Of a stretch of DNA of 64,000 bases, positions 51,605 through 64,000 are shown piece by piece. Below the pieces are notes generated by a model. That model ran no database searches and was not told the origin of the DNA. It was given only the letters and a program-made list of their open reading frames with translations. Position numbers and translations under genes: made by a program. Source of the DNA: Phallusia mammillata (lineage: Eukaryota). Each line of letters opens with the position of its first letter. The first letter of the stretch is position 1. The DNA is taken from NCBI GenBank assembly GCA_965637545.1, contig OZ281496.1, positions 28,768,001-28,832,000 on the forward strand. The letters are read 5' to 3'.

Positions 51605-54600
51605 ATGCTGTCTATGATAACCGATAACTTGACAACGTTTCTGGCAACTTGGATTGTTCTGACTTTGATTTTTGCTTTGGTTTATAAATGGTGGAGAAAA
51701 CCCCATCGCAATTTTCCGCCAGGGCCTATTGGAGTCCCATTGCTTGGGGTTTTGCCTTACTTTGGCGAAAATCCGGAACAGAACATCAGGAAATGGAGTG
51801 AAGAACAATACGGGCCTGTAATGTCAATCAGAATGGGCTTGGAAGATGTTGTGGTGCTTAACTCTGTCGACGCCATTATGCAGGTACTATTTAAGTCTTG
51901 AAGTATAGTTTCCTTTTGCAAAGTAGTTTTAATGCGTTGACCAAGTGCATAGCAATTCTTTTTTTGTAATAGGGTTGTCGTTTGCCGTATGTCTGTTAAT
52001 AAGGCCCAATGCAAACGGAAGTTCATTTGAACAAGCAGGTCTAGTTTCCCCCCTTAACCCTTACTTTCTATGCAATAATCATCCAATGTAACATAAGTAC
52101 AAGTTTATCTAAAAGGGTTTTTAATTGTTTCAGGCCTTCGTGAAACAGGGAAGTCAGTTTTCAGGGCGCCCTTCTTCGGGTGCCTTTCAACTGCTTGATA
52201 TGCAAGACGGAGGATTATCATTTAAACCTTACACCAGCGATTACAAGCATCAGAAAAAGTTCGTCTTAAAAACGTTCAGAGAGTAAGTGGATTAATAACT
52301 TATTAATTATTACCTATTTTGCGGTGCGCAAATTTAAACTCGCCTTAATATGGGCTTAATTGAAAGCCATTAAACTTTGCAGCTTCGGGGTCGGAAAGGC
52401 AAGAGTCGACGAAATGGTAAACGAGGAAGTAAATATTTTCAACGAATTCCTGAAGGATAAAGATGGCCAACTGGTCGACCTCAAGGTACAATGTTAAATG
52501 GCAATTGGAGGGTAAGTTATATGTCATATCACCCATAAAACACAATTTATGTACGAATTCTGCATTACAAACACGAAAAGAGGTTATACCTGTAAAATGC
52601 AGAATAGTAGACTTTACGCCAAGACAGTTTTGGTCTGGTTGGTCCCAATGGTGATTTTTCTCCCAGTTTTTATACAAATGTTTCATAAATTACCGTTCAT
52701 GGATATTTTTGCGCAGAGCTACTTCTACACACTCACTTCCAATGTGATTGCAAGACTAATATGTGGACAGAGGTACGATTATGACGACCCGGAAATGCAA
52801 GGTCTGATGAAAGTTTTAAAGAGAGTGTAAGTTTATTTTTCCTAAATAAAATTTATAAAATATGGTGTAGCTACAACGCGTTCATCCACCAATTGTACCC
52901 GACACTTCTTTGCTCTCTATAACGTTTTAGTGTTGCTCAGCTATTTCCGGTTTGTTGATTGTTTCAGTGCAATTGTGTTGTTAGGTTGTGTTTCACCAAG
53001 CGAAATAAACTCTCAGCTTAACTCAATTGTGCCCATCACCGAAATACACTTCGTTGTTTAACTAAAAAGTTTATAATTGTCAAATTCAACAGCGCACAAT
53101 CCGGTTTAGTGAGATTGTAACATTAAGATTTTTTAGGTTTGCTGATCCCAGAGTCGGTCTGGTCGATATGTTCCCTAAGCTGAAGTGGTTTCCCTTGTTC
53201 TCCGCCTCCGTAAAGGAATTTATACACAACGAGCATTTTGTTCTTAGTGAGTGCAAAATTTTGTATCAGATTTAGTTAATTTGTATGGTACGTTGTTGGG
53301 ACTCAAAAGATAACATGATTTCAATCTTACCAAACAATGTTTAACAATCGTATTTCATTGCAAACCCTAACACAGTTGCCACATGTCTTTATAAGGTGCG
53401 TTTGTTTAACCATCATTTTCTAGTAACTAACTAACTAGTTAAAAGTTACCAAAATTGAAACCGGGCAATGGTTGGTATTTATCCACTTGAAGATTGTATG
53501 TATCCACTTGTGCCGCAAAATCTTTATCAGTGGTATTTCAATATATAAGCTATTGCTGCCAGGCATAATATCAAGTTCATAGAGCTCTTCTGACAAAAGT
53601 ATTTCATTGCAAATACTACTACAGTTGCCACATGCCTTTGTTTGGCGCCACTGTGTACTTTTTTAACTTCATGCAAAGTACAAAAATTTATATCGAATAT
53701 TCTTCTGTTAAGACATTGTAAAGAAACATTGGAAACGACACAAATCTCTGTTTGATCCGAACCACTTAAAGGATTTTATGGACTTGTTTCGTTACGAACA
53801 GAAGTTTGGGACGAGCGAAGAGAAAGCTGGCTTTACGGTAAATGAATAAATATTTTTGATGGCAACAATAATCTTGCTTTACCATACCCAAAATAACTCA
53901 TTGTAGAGTAAAATGGCAAAGGGACTAACAAAGCTGAAGTTTTAAAATAGCGCACAAAAAGCCAATTTTTTTTTTTTTAAGTAATTTTTTTTAACATGGA
54001 CCGAAATCTTCTTTTATTATGGTTTGTGGCACACCAATGTGCTGTTAAGTTTTACAAATGTTTATGACTGTGTGGTCATGAGCAAATATCACCACTTCAC
54101 CACTAAAACAGTAAAGCTTTTTTTAATATTTCAGTAAGCAACGTCGAAAGTATTCCTACGGACTTTGACTAACAGTTTTGGTACTATATACCATCCTAAG
54201 CAGTATTGGTGAATTTGAAATAGATATTTACTTCAATTTAGGATACATGGTTTGACTTCTTCCATAAACCCAAGTTTCGGATCTCAAAGTCTTAGGAATG
54301 TAACTTCAGCAAATTAAGAAAACTACAAAAAGTACGGAAACAATCTGTCATTGGTTTCTGTTACAGGATCACCAGATGGAATGGTTGGGAGCCGACTTTT
54401 TCCTGGCGGGAGCAGAGACTACTTCGACTCAACTATCTTGGTGTTTGCATTTGTACGTGTACTATCCGGAACATCAAGCAGCGTTGGAGAAGGAAATAAT
54501 TGAAGTGTTTGGTAAGACAAGCAACAAATTACACTATAGTTTGCACTGTGACAAACTACAATGCAGTACTCAGTTCAGAAGCCATATCATCTTTCATTGT

Positions 54601-55669
54601 CGCCTTTTAAACAGCATATACTCACTGCAGTTTGACAGCAGATGTTAAATAACGCAGTGAACCAGGCCTACATCTCACAGTACTTGCAGCCACGCAACTT
54701 ATAAATACATGTCAGCACATACAGCACAGACATTGAAAAATGTGATATATATAACAGTAAACAAAAGGCCTTGATGGCACACTGAATCACAGGTATGTAA
54801 CGAAGCAAATATTCTACAAATGTGTTTTTCTTTCAGGCTCTGAAGGCGAAGTGACCCAAGCGCACAAAGCGCGGACTCCCTTTCTCAACGCATTCATCCA
54901 GGAGGCTTTTCGGTTCAAAACCACAGTACCGTTGGTGTTAAAGCACACTGCACTTTGCAACACTAAACTGCTCGGATTCAATATTCCGAAGGGGACAACG
55001 GTAAAAGACTAAGTTTGTAATAATTAATTCGTTTATGAAGTTCTTAGAGGCATTAATGTATACAACTTGCCATTTGATCTCCGAGAAACTCTAAAGAATT
55101 ATAAACACCTTTCTAAGCACATAATTAGGATGACCCAGCGCCTCTTTACTTGTCCCAAATTTAAACTGGAAATACAAAAGTCCACAAAAAGGTTTAAAAT
55201 ATTAATCAATGGGTTTGGAGGATATGTATTTTGAAAAGAGGTGTTCGTTAAATAGTTGGAGCAAATGTGTCAAATATACGATGTGAATTTGAATCCCACA
55301 TAAATTAGATTTCAAGACAATTTTGATAATGTTTATCATATAACTCCTGATGTTTCTTTTTAGTTGATACCCAACTTTTACGCTGTGCACATGGACCCCA
55401 CAATATGGCCCGAACCCGAAAAATTCAACCCATATCGCCACATTGACGAGGACGGAAATTTCGTATTTTCCAGTAAAATTATCCCTTTCTCAATGGGACC
55501 AAGATCCTGTCCTGGTGAGGCTTTAGCCAGAGTCGAAACCTACATCTTCTTAGCCAAGCTTCTTCAGAAATACAAGATACTACCTGGGGATAAACCTCCT
55601 CACATCGACGGCAGTACTTCAATTGTATATTATCCCAAACCATACAAGTTCAGAATTGAACAGCGTTGA
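51605..55669 (+). CDS. Cytochrome P450, CYP2 clan, gene E (496 aa, 9 exons)
   Basis: Exons 51605-51883, 52134-52282, 52383-52485, 52717-52826, 53137-53246, 53713-53837, 54367-54511, 54837-55000 and 55364-55669. Motifs: FLAGAETT, EAFR, PFSMGPRSCPGE. Confidence 0.94.
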
Positions 55670-56753
55670 GAACGCATTATTAGGTCTTGGTAAATAATCG
55701 TACAATGTATTGTGTACATGTCAATTAACATATAGTGGCAAACAATAATTATGTATTGTGTTGTGACTTTGGCTGTACAGATGAATGCAAAGCGAAACAA
55801 GAGTTTCGTTTTTTTAGCAATTGGCCTCAACCTAATTGTTCTTTCAATTTTCTGCGCTCCATAGTATTACAAATTAGATTTGCATAGCCATTTCCGACGT
55901 TATTGTTCTAAATCAATTGTGTAGCTATGCTCTTTTCGCCAAGCGAAATAAAATCAACTTAAACTGCAAAAAATCATTTCAATGCGACGTTTACATCTTC
56001 TGCGCTCAAACAACATTTAGGAACGGAATAATATTAAGAAATATGATACTAGATAATGTTGAAGAAAGACACAGTGACCATTAAATGCTTGATATATACC
56101 TTGGTTTGTTGGCTATAAAAGCGGAAACGTTTGCACTCAACAAAAAGGTTTAAAAGGTCATAAAGTGAAACCGAAGTATTTAGAAGTTCGTGCAAATTTT
56201 CAAACTTTGCCAAATGGGAATGAAGTTATCGTATACTAAACAAAAAAATTCAAAACACGATAAACATAATTTTCTGTTCAACAATACTGATAAAAGTCAT
56301 CTATAAAAAAGAAATTTAAAAAGCGTAATAAAGAACTGACACCATAAAAAGGGGATAAACAAAACACATCAAAATCTGGTAAGTAAAATAGTTAAAGGAT
56401 TTTCTTTTAACGTTTGGTGGCGTTAAGAGCAACGCAATTTTTAGAACAGTGTTTTCCTTTCTTTCTGAGTTGCTGACAATGTATAACTTTGTTTGTGGCA
56501 AACTTCTTCAAATGTACGAAAACAAATAAGCTCAAAGTGGAGTTCTGACGTAGTCCAGCATTCGTCATACACCAGCATTTTGTCATACAATCCGTTGGGG
56601 TACACATACAAACTATTTCGCGGATCATTTGCAATTTGCTTTAAGTTACACTAGTTTACCGCAGAAAAGTGGTTTAAAAACCTGGTTCAGAGCTTTGTTA
56701 ACGTACATTTCCATAGATTTCTCCTTGTTTCCAGTTGAAAACGCCGCTGGCCA

Positions 56754-57686
56754 TTAGTTTAAAGTTGGGCTTGAAATAACGTGTATTGTTGTTGACCGAG
56801 AACGCCTGGGTTTCCGTTTTGCAAACGGCGCTTTGAGTATTTTCCGCCACGAAGTAAAAGAGAACAACAAGGTTAGAAGGTTTATTACTAAATTCACGTC
56901 ATACAGAGTGACCGTAACGTGACGAGTGGCGTTCCCGGGAACGACAAAAGCGAACAGGATCAGAGCTATGAAGTCGGTAGCAACACACACAGCGGCCAGA
57001 ATAGCTGAGCGGCGTATAATGCTAAATACAGGCCTTGACTCAACCGCTTGTGACCGTAGAGGGTAAATAAACAGGAACAGCATCAACCCCTGTCCGAACA
57101 TCATAAGGCAAGTGCTAAAGTATGTTGGCCACAGCTTGAACTCCTCTACGGGCTTTGCGATGCATCCTCGCGACGAGTTCAGGTAGTTGTTAGGAAACGC
57201 ACTTGCAAGACAGCTAAATGACAGCCCCACTAGCATCAAGACCATGGCACTTAAATCCACCCAGAAAAGCCAAGGCTTACGGACTGCCTCCAAAGCCGGG
57301 TGTTGGTACAAAGCTTTCTGCCTGAACCACAGGAAAAAGTACCAAGCCGTGCCGGCAATGTAAAATATTACAGTTGCTACATCCATCAATATCTCACAGA
57401 GCAAATTCGAATCGTCGAAGTAGCCCGCATTAAAGACGAATTGGCCACTAAGCAGTCGGATGCAACCCATAGCGTACGCCACCACTGCTGAAGTGTAAAC
57501 GGGCCCCGCGCTAAGCTGCAAATTGCTGCTTTTTGTCCATTTGCCACAACGTACTCCATGTACAATAAAAGCAATCTCAATGTAAACTATGGCCAACAAG
57601 GCTGCTATATTACATGCCTCAGCAACAATCCATTCTGTTTGTTCAAAACGTCCGTTAAAGTCCTGTGACGAAGCGCTGTCGACCAT
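56754..57686 (-). CDS. Orphan intronless seven-transmembrane (GPCR-like) protein 1, about 310 aa
   Basis: Single ORF from ATG 57686 with seven hydrophobic segments. Cys at the top of TM3 (LCE) and in ECL2 (RGCI); WFRQ at the DRY position; paralog of 59885-60841. Confidence 0.85.
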   Translation of the reverse strand: MVDSASSQDFNGRFEQTEWIVAEACNIAALLAIVYIEIAFIVHGVRCGKWTKSSNLQLSAGPVYTSAVVAYAMGCIRLLSGQFVFNAGYFDDSNLLCEILMDVATVIFYIAGTAWYFFLWFRQKALYQHPALEAVRKPWLFWVDLSAMVLMLVGLSFSCLASAFPNNYLNSSRGCIAKPVEEFKLWPTYFSTCLMMFGQGLMLFLFIYPLRSQAVESRPVFSIIRRSAILAAVCVATDFIALILFAFVVPGNATRHVTVTLYDVNLVINLLTLLFSFTSWRKILKAPFAKRKPRRSRSTTIHVISSPTLN

Positions 57687-58634
57687 TTTGCACTCGTGAT
57701 AGTGAAAATGCAACCTGTCCTTTACATTCTCAATGATTTTTAGGACTGTGATGTGCTAAATACAGACGCACAATGCAGCAACAAAGTTCACAAACCTGTC
57801 TTCCCCTACACAAAAATGCTGTCCTCTGATTGGCCTTCCACTGACCCCCCGCCTAAGTTAAAACTTGATAATTTAAAGATGTAATACGTCATGTGTGGTA
57901 TGAGCTCAGGTAGCATCGTATGCAAATTTAAAACACATAATTCGATAAAGCGACCCAAACACTTCGGGAGTGCTATTATTAGGACTCAAAATATACGCTT
58001 CCTGCTTTTCTAATGATGCTTCTTTTTAATGATTGGTTCCATTAAGAAAACACCCATCCTGGACATCTAACAATCTTCCGATAAATCTCAATACAGCAAC
58101 AATAGTAACAAAAATAAGCTATTGCTGTCAGGCATAATATCCAGTTAATAGTGACAAATGTTCTGACAATTTTAAAGTACAACTTCAAGGCCATATATAG
58201 GTTATGTTGTATTTCATCAACAAAACCCAATATATAGCCTACGTATAGATATAGGCCGTGAATTTAAATCATCTATTGTAAGTGACAATGTAGGAACCAA
58301 AGGTGACAACTAAATGGTAAACGTTGCGGCCTGTTTACGTAAAAGGACAAAAAAAGTTTTTCTGCAAATATCTGCAATGTCACCTTCTATACTAAACTTG
58401 ATTACGAATTACTAATGTTGTTTAGGCCATCCACGCCATCAATATTAAACGCCCTAAACGCCCCTAAATTTTTTTTTGGACAGTAATTGTTTCATGTGAA
58501 GGTATCGTTTCCGTGAAAACGTTGTATTCAAAGGCAATAAGCGTTGCGTCGTTTTCCACTTCCTTGTAAAATGACGCACAGAGGTTGCACGCTGGACTTC
58601 TTGTTGCAAACGGTGTTTATACTTGATGCGTATA

Positions 58635-58954
58635 GGAAGTCTGCGGACATGGGTAGCCTAATTGATAGTGATTGTGGCTGCGTAGCTAGCTGACTCTGCT
58701 AGACAGATAAGGTAAGACAAATCGGTTTAGTTTCACGGTAAAACACATTTTTTCATGGAAATAAGATGCAAAGTGAGGGCAAGACAGGGAAAGTTTGCGT
58801 ACATGGGTTGCCTAATTGATAGTGATTATGGTTGCGTAGCTAGCTGACTCTGCTAGACAGATAAGGTAAGACAAATCGGTTTAGTTTCACGATAAAACAC
58901 ATGTTTTCATGGAAATAAGATGCAAAGTGAGGGCAAGACAGGGGAAGTTTGCGT
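58635..58954. repeat. Tandem duplication, two copies of about 154 bp, between the 7TM genes
   Basis: ACATGGGT...GTTTGCGT at 58647-58800 and 58801-58954, with few mismatches. Confidence 0.95.
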
Positions 58955-59437
58955 AGTAAGAGAATGTGTTTAGCAGTTCACAGTTCCTACCAGCCTATTC
59001 ACCCGACTAGATAATAATAAACATATTTAAAACCGAAAAGAAACAGAATCACAACTGTTGCGCAGGCGACTCGTGATTGAAGCCAAATCTAATGATTTTT
59101 TTAGGCATCGTTGCACTTGCTATATTTAAAACCATATGTGTTGGAAACTGGTTTCGTCCCACTTCTTAAACATTGGACAGGCGTGTGCATAGTTTTGATC
59201 AGAGGAAAAAACATGGCGCTTTGTTACAGCGAATGCAACCGTGGCAATTTTATAGCCCAATCCATTAGGTATGCGACAAACAGAAACACACGAGAGAGGC
59301 ATGTGTTTAAAGCAAGTTGTTTATTCGTTTGTAACAAATGGGATTTCGTATTGCAGGGACATAGTATTCATTTTGGTATTTATTGTGACAGCGCTTAGTC
59401 GCAAACCAAAAAAATTCTCGCCCGAGCAATAGATATA

Positions 59438-59746
59438 TAGGCCTTCCATATTTTCATCAGCAAAAAGGAGGACACATTCACGACAAAGAATAATAACACT
59501 TACTTGTGTGTGTGCGCAAAGAAAATGAAGGCACATGAAGTTTAACTTACTATACATTATTAATTTCAATTAAAACTCACATTATTTGGCAGTTTTTAAA
59601 AGGCACAATTGTTATTTAGATATTTAGTAAATACAGAAAATTAAAAAGGAGGACATTTGGGCATTTTTATAGTCCCTGGGAGGACAACGTTCTTTTCGTT
59701 AAAAAGGAGGACATGTCTTCTAATAAGAGGACGTATGGTAGGCCTA
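59438..59746. mobile_element. hAT (Blackjack-like) MITE, about 309 bp, just upstream of 7TM gene 2
   Basis: Ends TAGGCCTTCCATA / TATGGTAGGCCTA; repeated GGAGGACA subterminal motifs; flanked by AGATATA on both sides. Confidence 0.7.
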
Positions 59747-59884
59747 AGATATAACACAATTTTTTATCATTCAGACAATTGTGGATACAGTAATGTGCAG
59801 AAACTCAGCAAAAAATCTAAACATATAAATACAGCAAAAATCTAAACATATAAATACTAAGATTGATTCGCTGATTGAATCAAG

Positions 59885-60841
59885 ATGTCTACCAACGAAA
59901 CTAACTTCAACACAACGTTCACAAGTCGCTTCGAAAATCCACTATGGATAGCCGCAACCTGCGTCAACATTTTGTCGATCAGCTTCCTGACTTGGATTGT
60001 GACTGGATTTATAATGTATGGAAAACGAAAGGGCAAGTTCGCCAACTTGAAAGCAAGGGACACTTTGAAGCGGCACGGTGGAATCGTTTTTCTTTCTGCT
60101 TTGGTAGCATTTGTTTGTTGCTACTCAGTTCTGTTCCTGAATATAGCATTCTATAATGCTGGCTTTGGAAGTTTAGACACAAGACCATGTGAAGCGCTCA
60201 TGGACGCTGTGTTTGCCTGCTACAAATGCTCTGCTTTTCTGATACTGTTGTACTACTGGCTGCGTCAGCGTGCTCTTTACCAAAACCAGGTAATGGCCGA
60301 TTTGGCTCAGAAATCACGAGTACGTTTTTTCACCTGGGCAGCATTATGTATCCTCATTGTCGGTTTTACAGTCGAAATAATATCATTTACAATTCCAAAA
60401 CAAGCCGCAACGAATGGTAACGGCTGTGCAACACTACCCTTCGGCCAAATTATCCTTTGGCCATTTTACATTTGCCTTACAGTGTTTTTCACAGGCCAAG
60501 TAATCATGTTAGGACTTTTTGTTTACCCACTTAGACAGCAGTCGCAAGGCAAAGCGTTCAATCGTAGGCGAATAAATTCACTTTACAAACGAAACGCTAT
60601 GCTAGTGATGTTTACAATCATTTCCAATATAATGTCATTTGTTTTACCAGTAGTGGTGCCATTTGGTAGCACCATACATGGCCCAGAAATGTGGTTTGAG
60701 ATAAATTTGATGTTGATTGCTTTATCAGTGGTCTTGTCATTTACGGATAGATGGAAGATACTATTTCCGTGCGGCGGTGTCAAAGAAAAACAGCAAAAAG
60801 TGCAAGTAGCTTCTGCAGGCACCGTTTCTACCAACGTTTAA
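59885..60841 (+). CDS. Orphan intronless seven-transmembrane (GPCR-like) protein 2, 318 aa
   Basis: Single ORF with N-terminal sequons NET/NTT and seven hydrophobic segments; PCE / NGCA Cys pair; WLRQ; C-terminal STNV. Confidence 0.87.
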   Translation: MSTNETNFNTTFTSRFENPLWIAATCVNILSISFLTWIVTGFIMYGKRKGKFANLKARDTLKRHGGIVFLSALVAFVCCYSVLFLNIAFYNAGFGSLDTRPCEALMDAVFACYKCSAFLILLYYWLRQRALYQNQVMADLAQKSRVRFFTWAALCILIVGFTVEIISFTIPKQAATNGNGCATLPFGQIILWPFYICLTVFFTGQVIMLGLFVYPLRQQSQGKAFNRRRINSLYKRNAMLVMFTIISNIMSFVLPVVVPFGSTIHGPEMWFEINLMLIALSVVLSFTDRWKILFPCGGVKEKQQKVQVASAGTVSTNV

Positions 60842-63800
60842 ATATCTAGGCTAGTGTGCCTTTTTATGCTCATAATCCACGAGCTAATTAAGCCCGATAC
60901 TAGGCTAGAACATGTTTCGCCCTTGTTCCTATACCGTGTGTCAGGGTTATGACTGGTGAAGTCAATTACAGTTAACTTGAGTTCTATTTTGCAAAAGATG
61001 CAGAGGTGAGAAAGAATTAACTCATCAAACCGATCGTGATTAAAACAGCATATTTTTTGGTGTTCGAAAACAATAATTTTCGGTCATTTGATGCATTTAT
61101 CCCAATTCACGCTATACCCAGTTTTGTGCAAATTGTCAGATTGCTCTACAATTCGACGTTTTTAACTAGTGCAACTTGCAACATACATTGCACTTATATT
61201 CAAAGTGTTGATTATTGTTTTCTTGCACTGATACATTTTTTCATGTTTATAATAAACGATACTGTTGACTTGATATCTTGAACAGTAAGCTAAGGGGTAA
61301 AAGTAAAGAAAGAGAAATGAACCACAAATGTCTTCACGAACCGATTACGGCCTATACGTATACCAAATAAAAAGATGCAGCAAAATTTTGCTAGTTACTT
61401 TGTTTGCAAGTAAAAGACGACGAGAGAGTGAAAAATATATCAACGGGATTTTGAGTTGCGTTTTTAAAAATATTTCGAGTTGTTTTTAGTCAAAACAGTG
61501 AACAAATGTTCTCATATCAAAAGTGAAAACCACGGATTGCACAGATGAGTCTCAAGCATTTTTTCTCGAATAAAATGACAGCTAGCTACTGGTTTTTCCC
61601 AGCCTGCTGACATTGCGCATTTTCCAGGTAACCGTTTAGCCATTATCACCGGAAAACGTCACGGACCAGCTAAATCAACTCAGCCCATTTCCTGTATAGT
61701 GTCAAGTTGTTCCCAAGGTTGAAGTTAATTGTAACCAGATTCGGGTTCAGCATCTTTAAAAAAGTGTTCGTAAGTTTATATTTTAGTGCTATTTGTTTAT
61801 CCTCTATCGTATCCCAGAACACGTACAAAGCGTCTTTTTTCAACGGACATGCCATATCAACAAAGTTGTCATTTCTGAAATTGTAGGCCGATTTGGTTTC
61901 GTGTCAACCTCGGACATTTTTTTTTATTAGGTTCCATCATTAGAATGGAAAAGCTTATTTGGTAAAAATTCCTGCATGTTTCTTGAAAATGTTTTTTTTG
62001 GCGGTGGCCCACGCTTACCATATGCGACTTTAGTCGCTTAACCCTTTCAACATTTTTACTTACCGTCAATACAAAGTTTTGAAAACAGCAATGGATTTTG
62101 CAACTTGCACAAATTTTAACCGATCTTGGCTTTGTTCACCTGCAACTTGTACTTACCATTGCATAGCATGCAATAAAAGACAATACGTCATGGTTAATCG
62201 CCGATCAATCGCGTTTTATTGCGTACCTATTCAGGCCTGTGTGTTTTACCCGACATCTGCACAGATTTTGCAGCCCTTCATCAGTATCCAACGGTCAAAA
62301 AATGTACACAAAGGACTCACATTCCAAGAACTTTGTTTCTTGGACCAACAGCAATCCATTTCATAGATGACATACCGATAAACTCAGTAGACAAAACCAC
62401 ACGTTGCATTTTGGAGCTTTGTGTTTGGTTATATAGAACTTTGTACAACTTAGCACTATACAATACTTACATGCTTGACAGGAGGTGCCATGCCATACCT
62501 GTTTTAACAAAACTGTTTGTATTTCTTGACAATTTGCCTCACCTCGAGTAAAACTGTTGTCTCTTTGGTATGTGCATTGTAGTTGTTCCATCCTGAAGGA
62601 TAATTCCAGTTCCAAAACTTACCTTGTACCACACAGGGAAACAACAAATCTAAAAACAACCAAAAGCTGCAAAACATTTATCGAGCCTGTGTTGATCATT
62701 CACTTGGGTTGTGCAAGCACACACCATTTTCCACCAGACAGCTGTAAGTCAAAACTGTCCAAGATCTGTCCGAAAACACTCCAGGAGGAAAATAGCATTG
62801 CCAAAATTATTAGAATATTTGGCTTGACCTGTAGGGTATATGCTACAAAAATTTATATGTAGTCAATTCATACAAAAAATTTAAAATGTTACATGCAATA
62901 TACAGTTGGAGTATATTTGTTATGGATCATTTGCTCTTTGTTACTTACCAGCTCACAGTACCTCACTTTGTCATCTCACAATATTTAAATTGACCACAAC
63001 CAATGCCATTTTAAAGTGTTCAATTGCATTGTATGCATGCTTTTCAACCTCATATTGTTTCCAAAACTTGTTTTTCCAGCATCAAAACATTCATCATAGA
63101 GACCAACACACTGTAAATACAAATTAAGCTGACACAAAAGTTAAAACTTTTACATCTAGCAGGATTTTAGTGCATACTAGTCTAATTAATAATAAGACTA
63201 CTAAGCAAACAAAAGAAAAAATGCCCCATAACCACAAATAACCAAATTCATAAATGCCTTCAGCAGAAATAGAACACATTTCTGATTTTAATGTTTACAA
63301 ATACAAACATATAAACACAGCTTACTTGAAAAAGTAAACCACCACAATATAACATACAGGATATAGATTTAATCTTACCTGCCGTTTAATCCAAATTCAA
63401 GTTTTCAGTAATGTTTAGTATAGGCAGCAAAATACATCATATCCAAGGTTCAACGAAATATGTATCTCTATTTTCCTAACGAATGTTTTAAGTTGAGTAA
63501 AAGGCACACATTTGTACTTACATTGCGTTGCTCTTAAAAAACAAACCTCCAGTTCTGAAACTTAACAAAAAACAAGCAATATATGTTCCGCAGCCGACTT
63601 TTTAAAAGTTTAAACGAGCCCTCCGAAAACTTGGAACCGAAACTGGCGCGAAAAAAACCCTTTCCCTCATCCGTATATATTTTTTCACATACCGATATGG
63701 TTTTAAACCAGATACTTATTGTTTCTTAAAAACGAAGTAAAAAAGTGGAACCACACTACCACGTTGATTCAAACTTTTATTTTGGCGCTGTGATAGAAAT

Positions 63801-64000
63801 TAAAATTCTAATGACAAATCGCCAAATCTACAAAAGTTGTGCAGTGCGCACGGACATTAAATGCACTCACAAAACAATAACACCACCATTTGCCTGGAAA
63901 ACCTGGATGTTCCTGCACCCAATATTTAGTTAAAAAGGCATGAGAAAAACAGTAATAGTACTCAAAATTGTTTTTAATCGTTATAAACATCACAGTAGAC

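Noticed and set aside
58635-58954. Tandem repeats as a CRISPR-like array
   Set aside because: Only two contiguous units, no spacers, and a eukaryotic context.
62275-62290. Minus-strand CTGATGAAGG resembling the hammerhead core
   Set aside because: No stem II or GAAAC follows.
61670-63560. Possible multi-exon minus-strand gene (many GTAAGT-type donors; candidate last exon NDNFVDMACPLKKDALYVFW...WAELI*)
   Set aside because: I could not assemble a phase-consistent model without implausibly short introns, and there is no recognisable domain. RNA-seq is needed.

Overview
Compact, AT-rich, intron-dense animal genomic DNA; an ascidian (tunicate) origin is inferred from gene style and families, not proven. 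All gene models were assembled by hand from GT-AG sites with consistent reading phase. Gene order: (1) 3' exons of an SLC5 Na+/glucose-type cotransporter (+); (2) an intronless CEP78 (-) head-to-head with (3) a 17-exon CCDC13 (+); (4) a 4-exon gene, not seen whole in the ORF track, for a 116-aa secreted precursor of a cationic six-cysteine peptide resembling the ascidian antimicrobial turgencins (+); (5) GILT/IFI30 thiol reductase (-); (6) a small gene made of RI/NLR-type LRR exons (-); (7) a tandem CYP2-clan cytochrome P450 array with three intact genes, two internally deleted pseudogenes and one collapsed relic (+); (8) a divergent pair of intronless orphan 7TM receptors. Non-coding parts hold several hAT MITEs with target-site duplications, a TA-flanked pogo-like non-autonomous element, tRNA-SINE fragments, and a dispersed repeat carrying a Penelope-type minimal hammerhead ribozyme. 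The strongest novelty candidates are the turgencin-like peptide gene, the hammerhead repeat family and the orphan 7TM pair.
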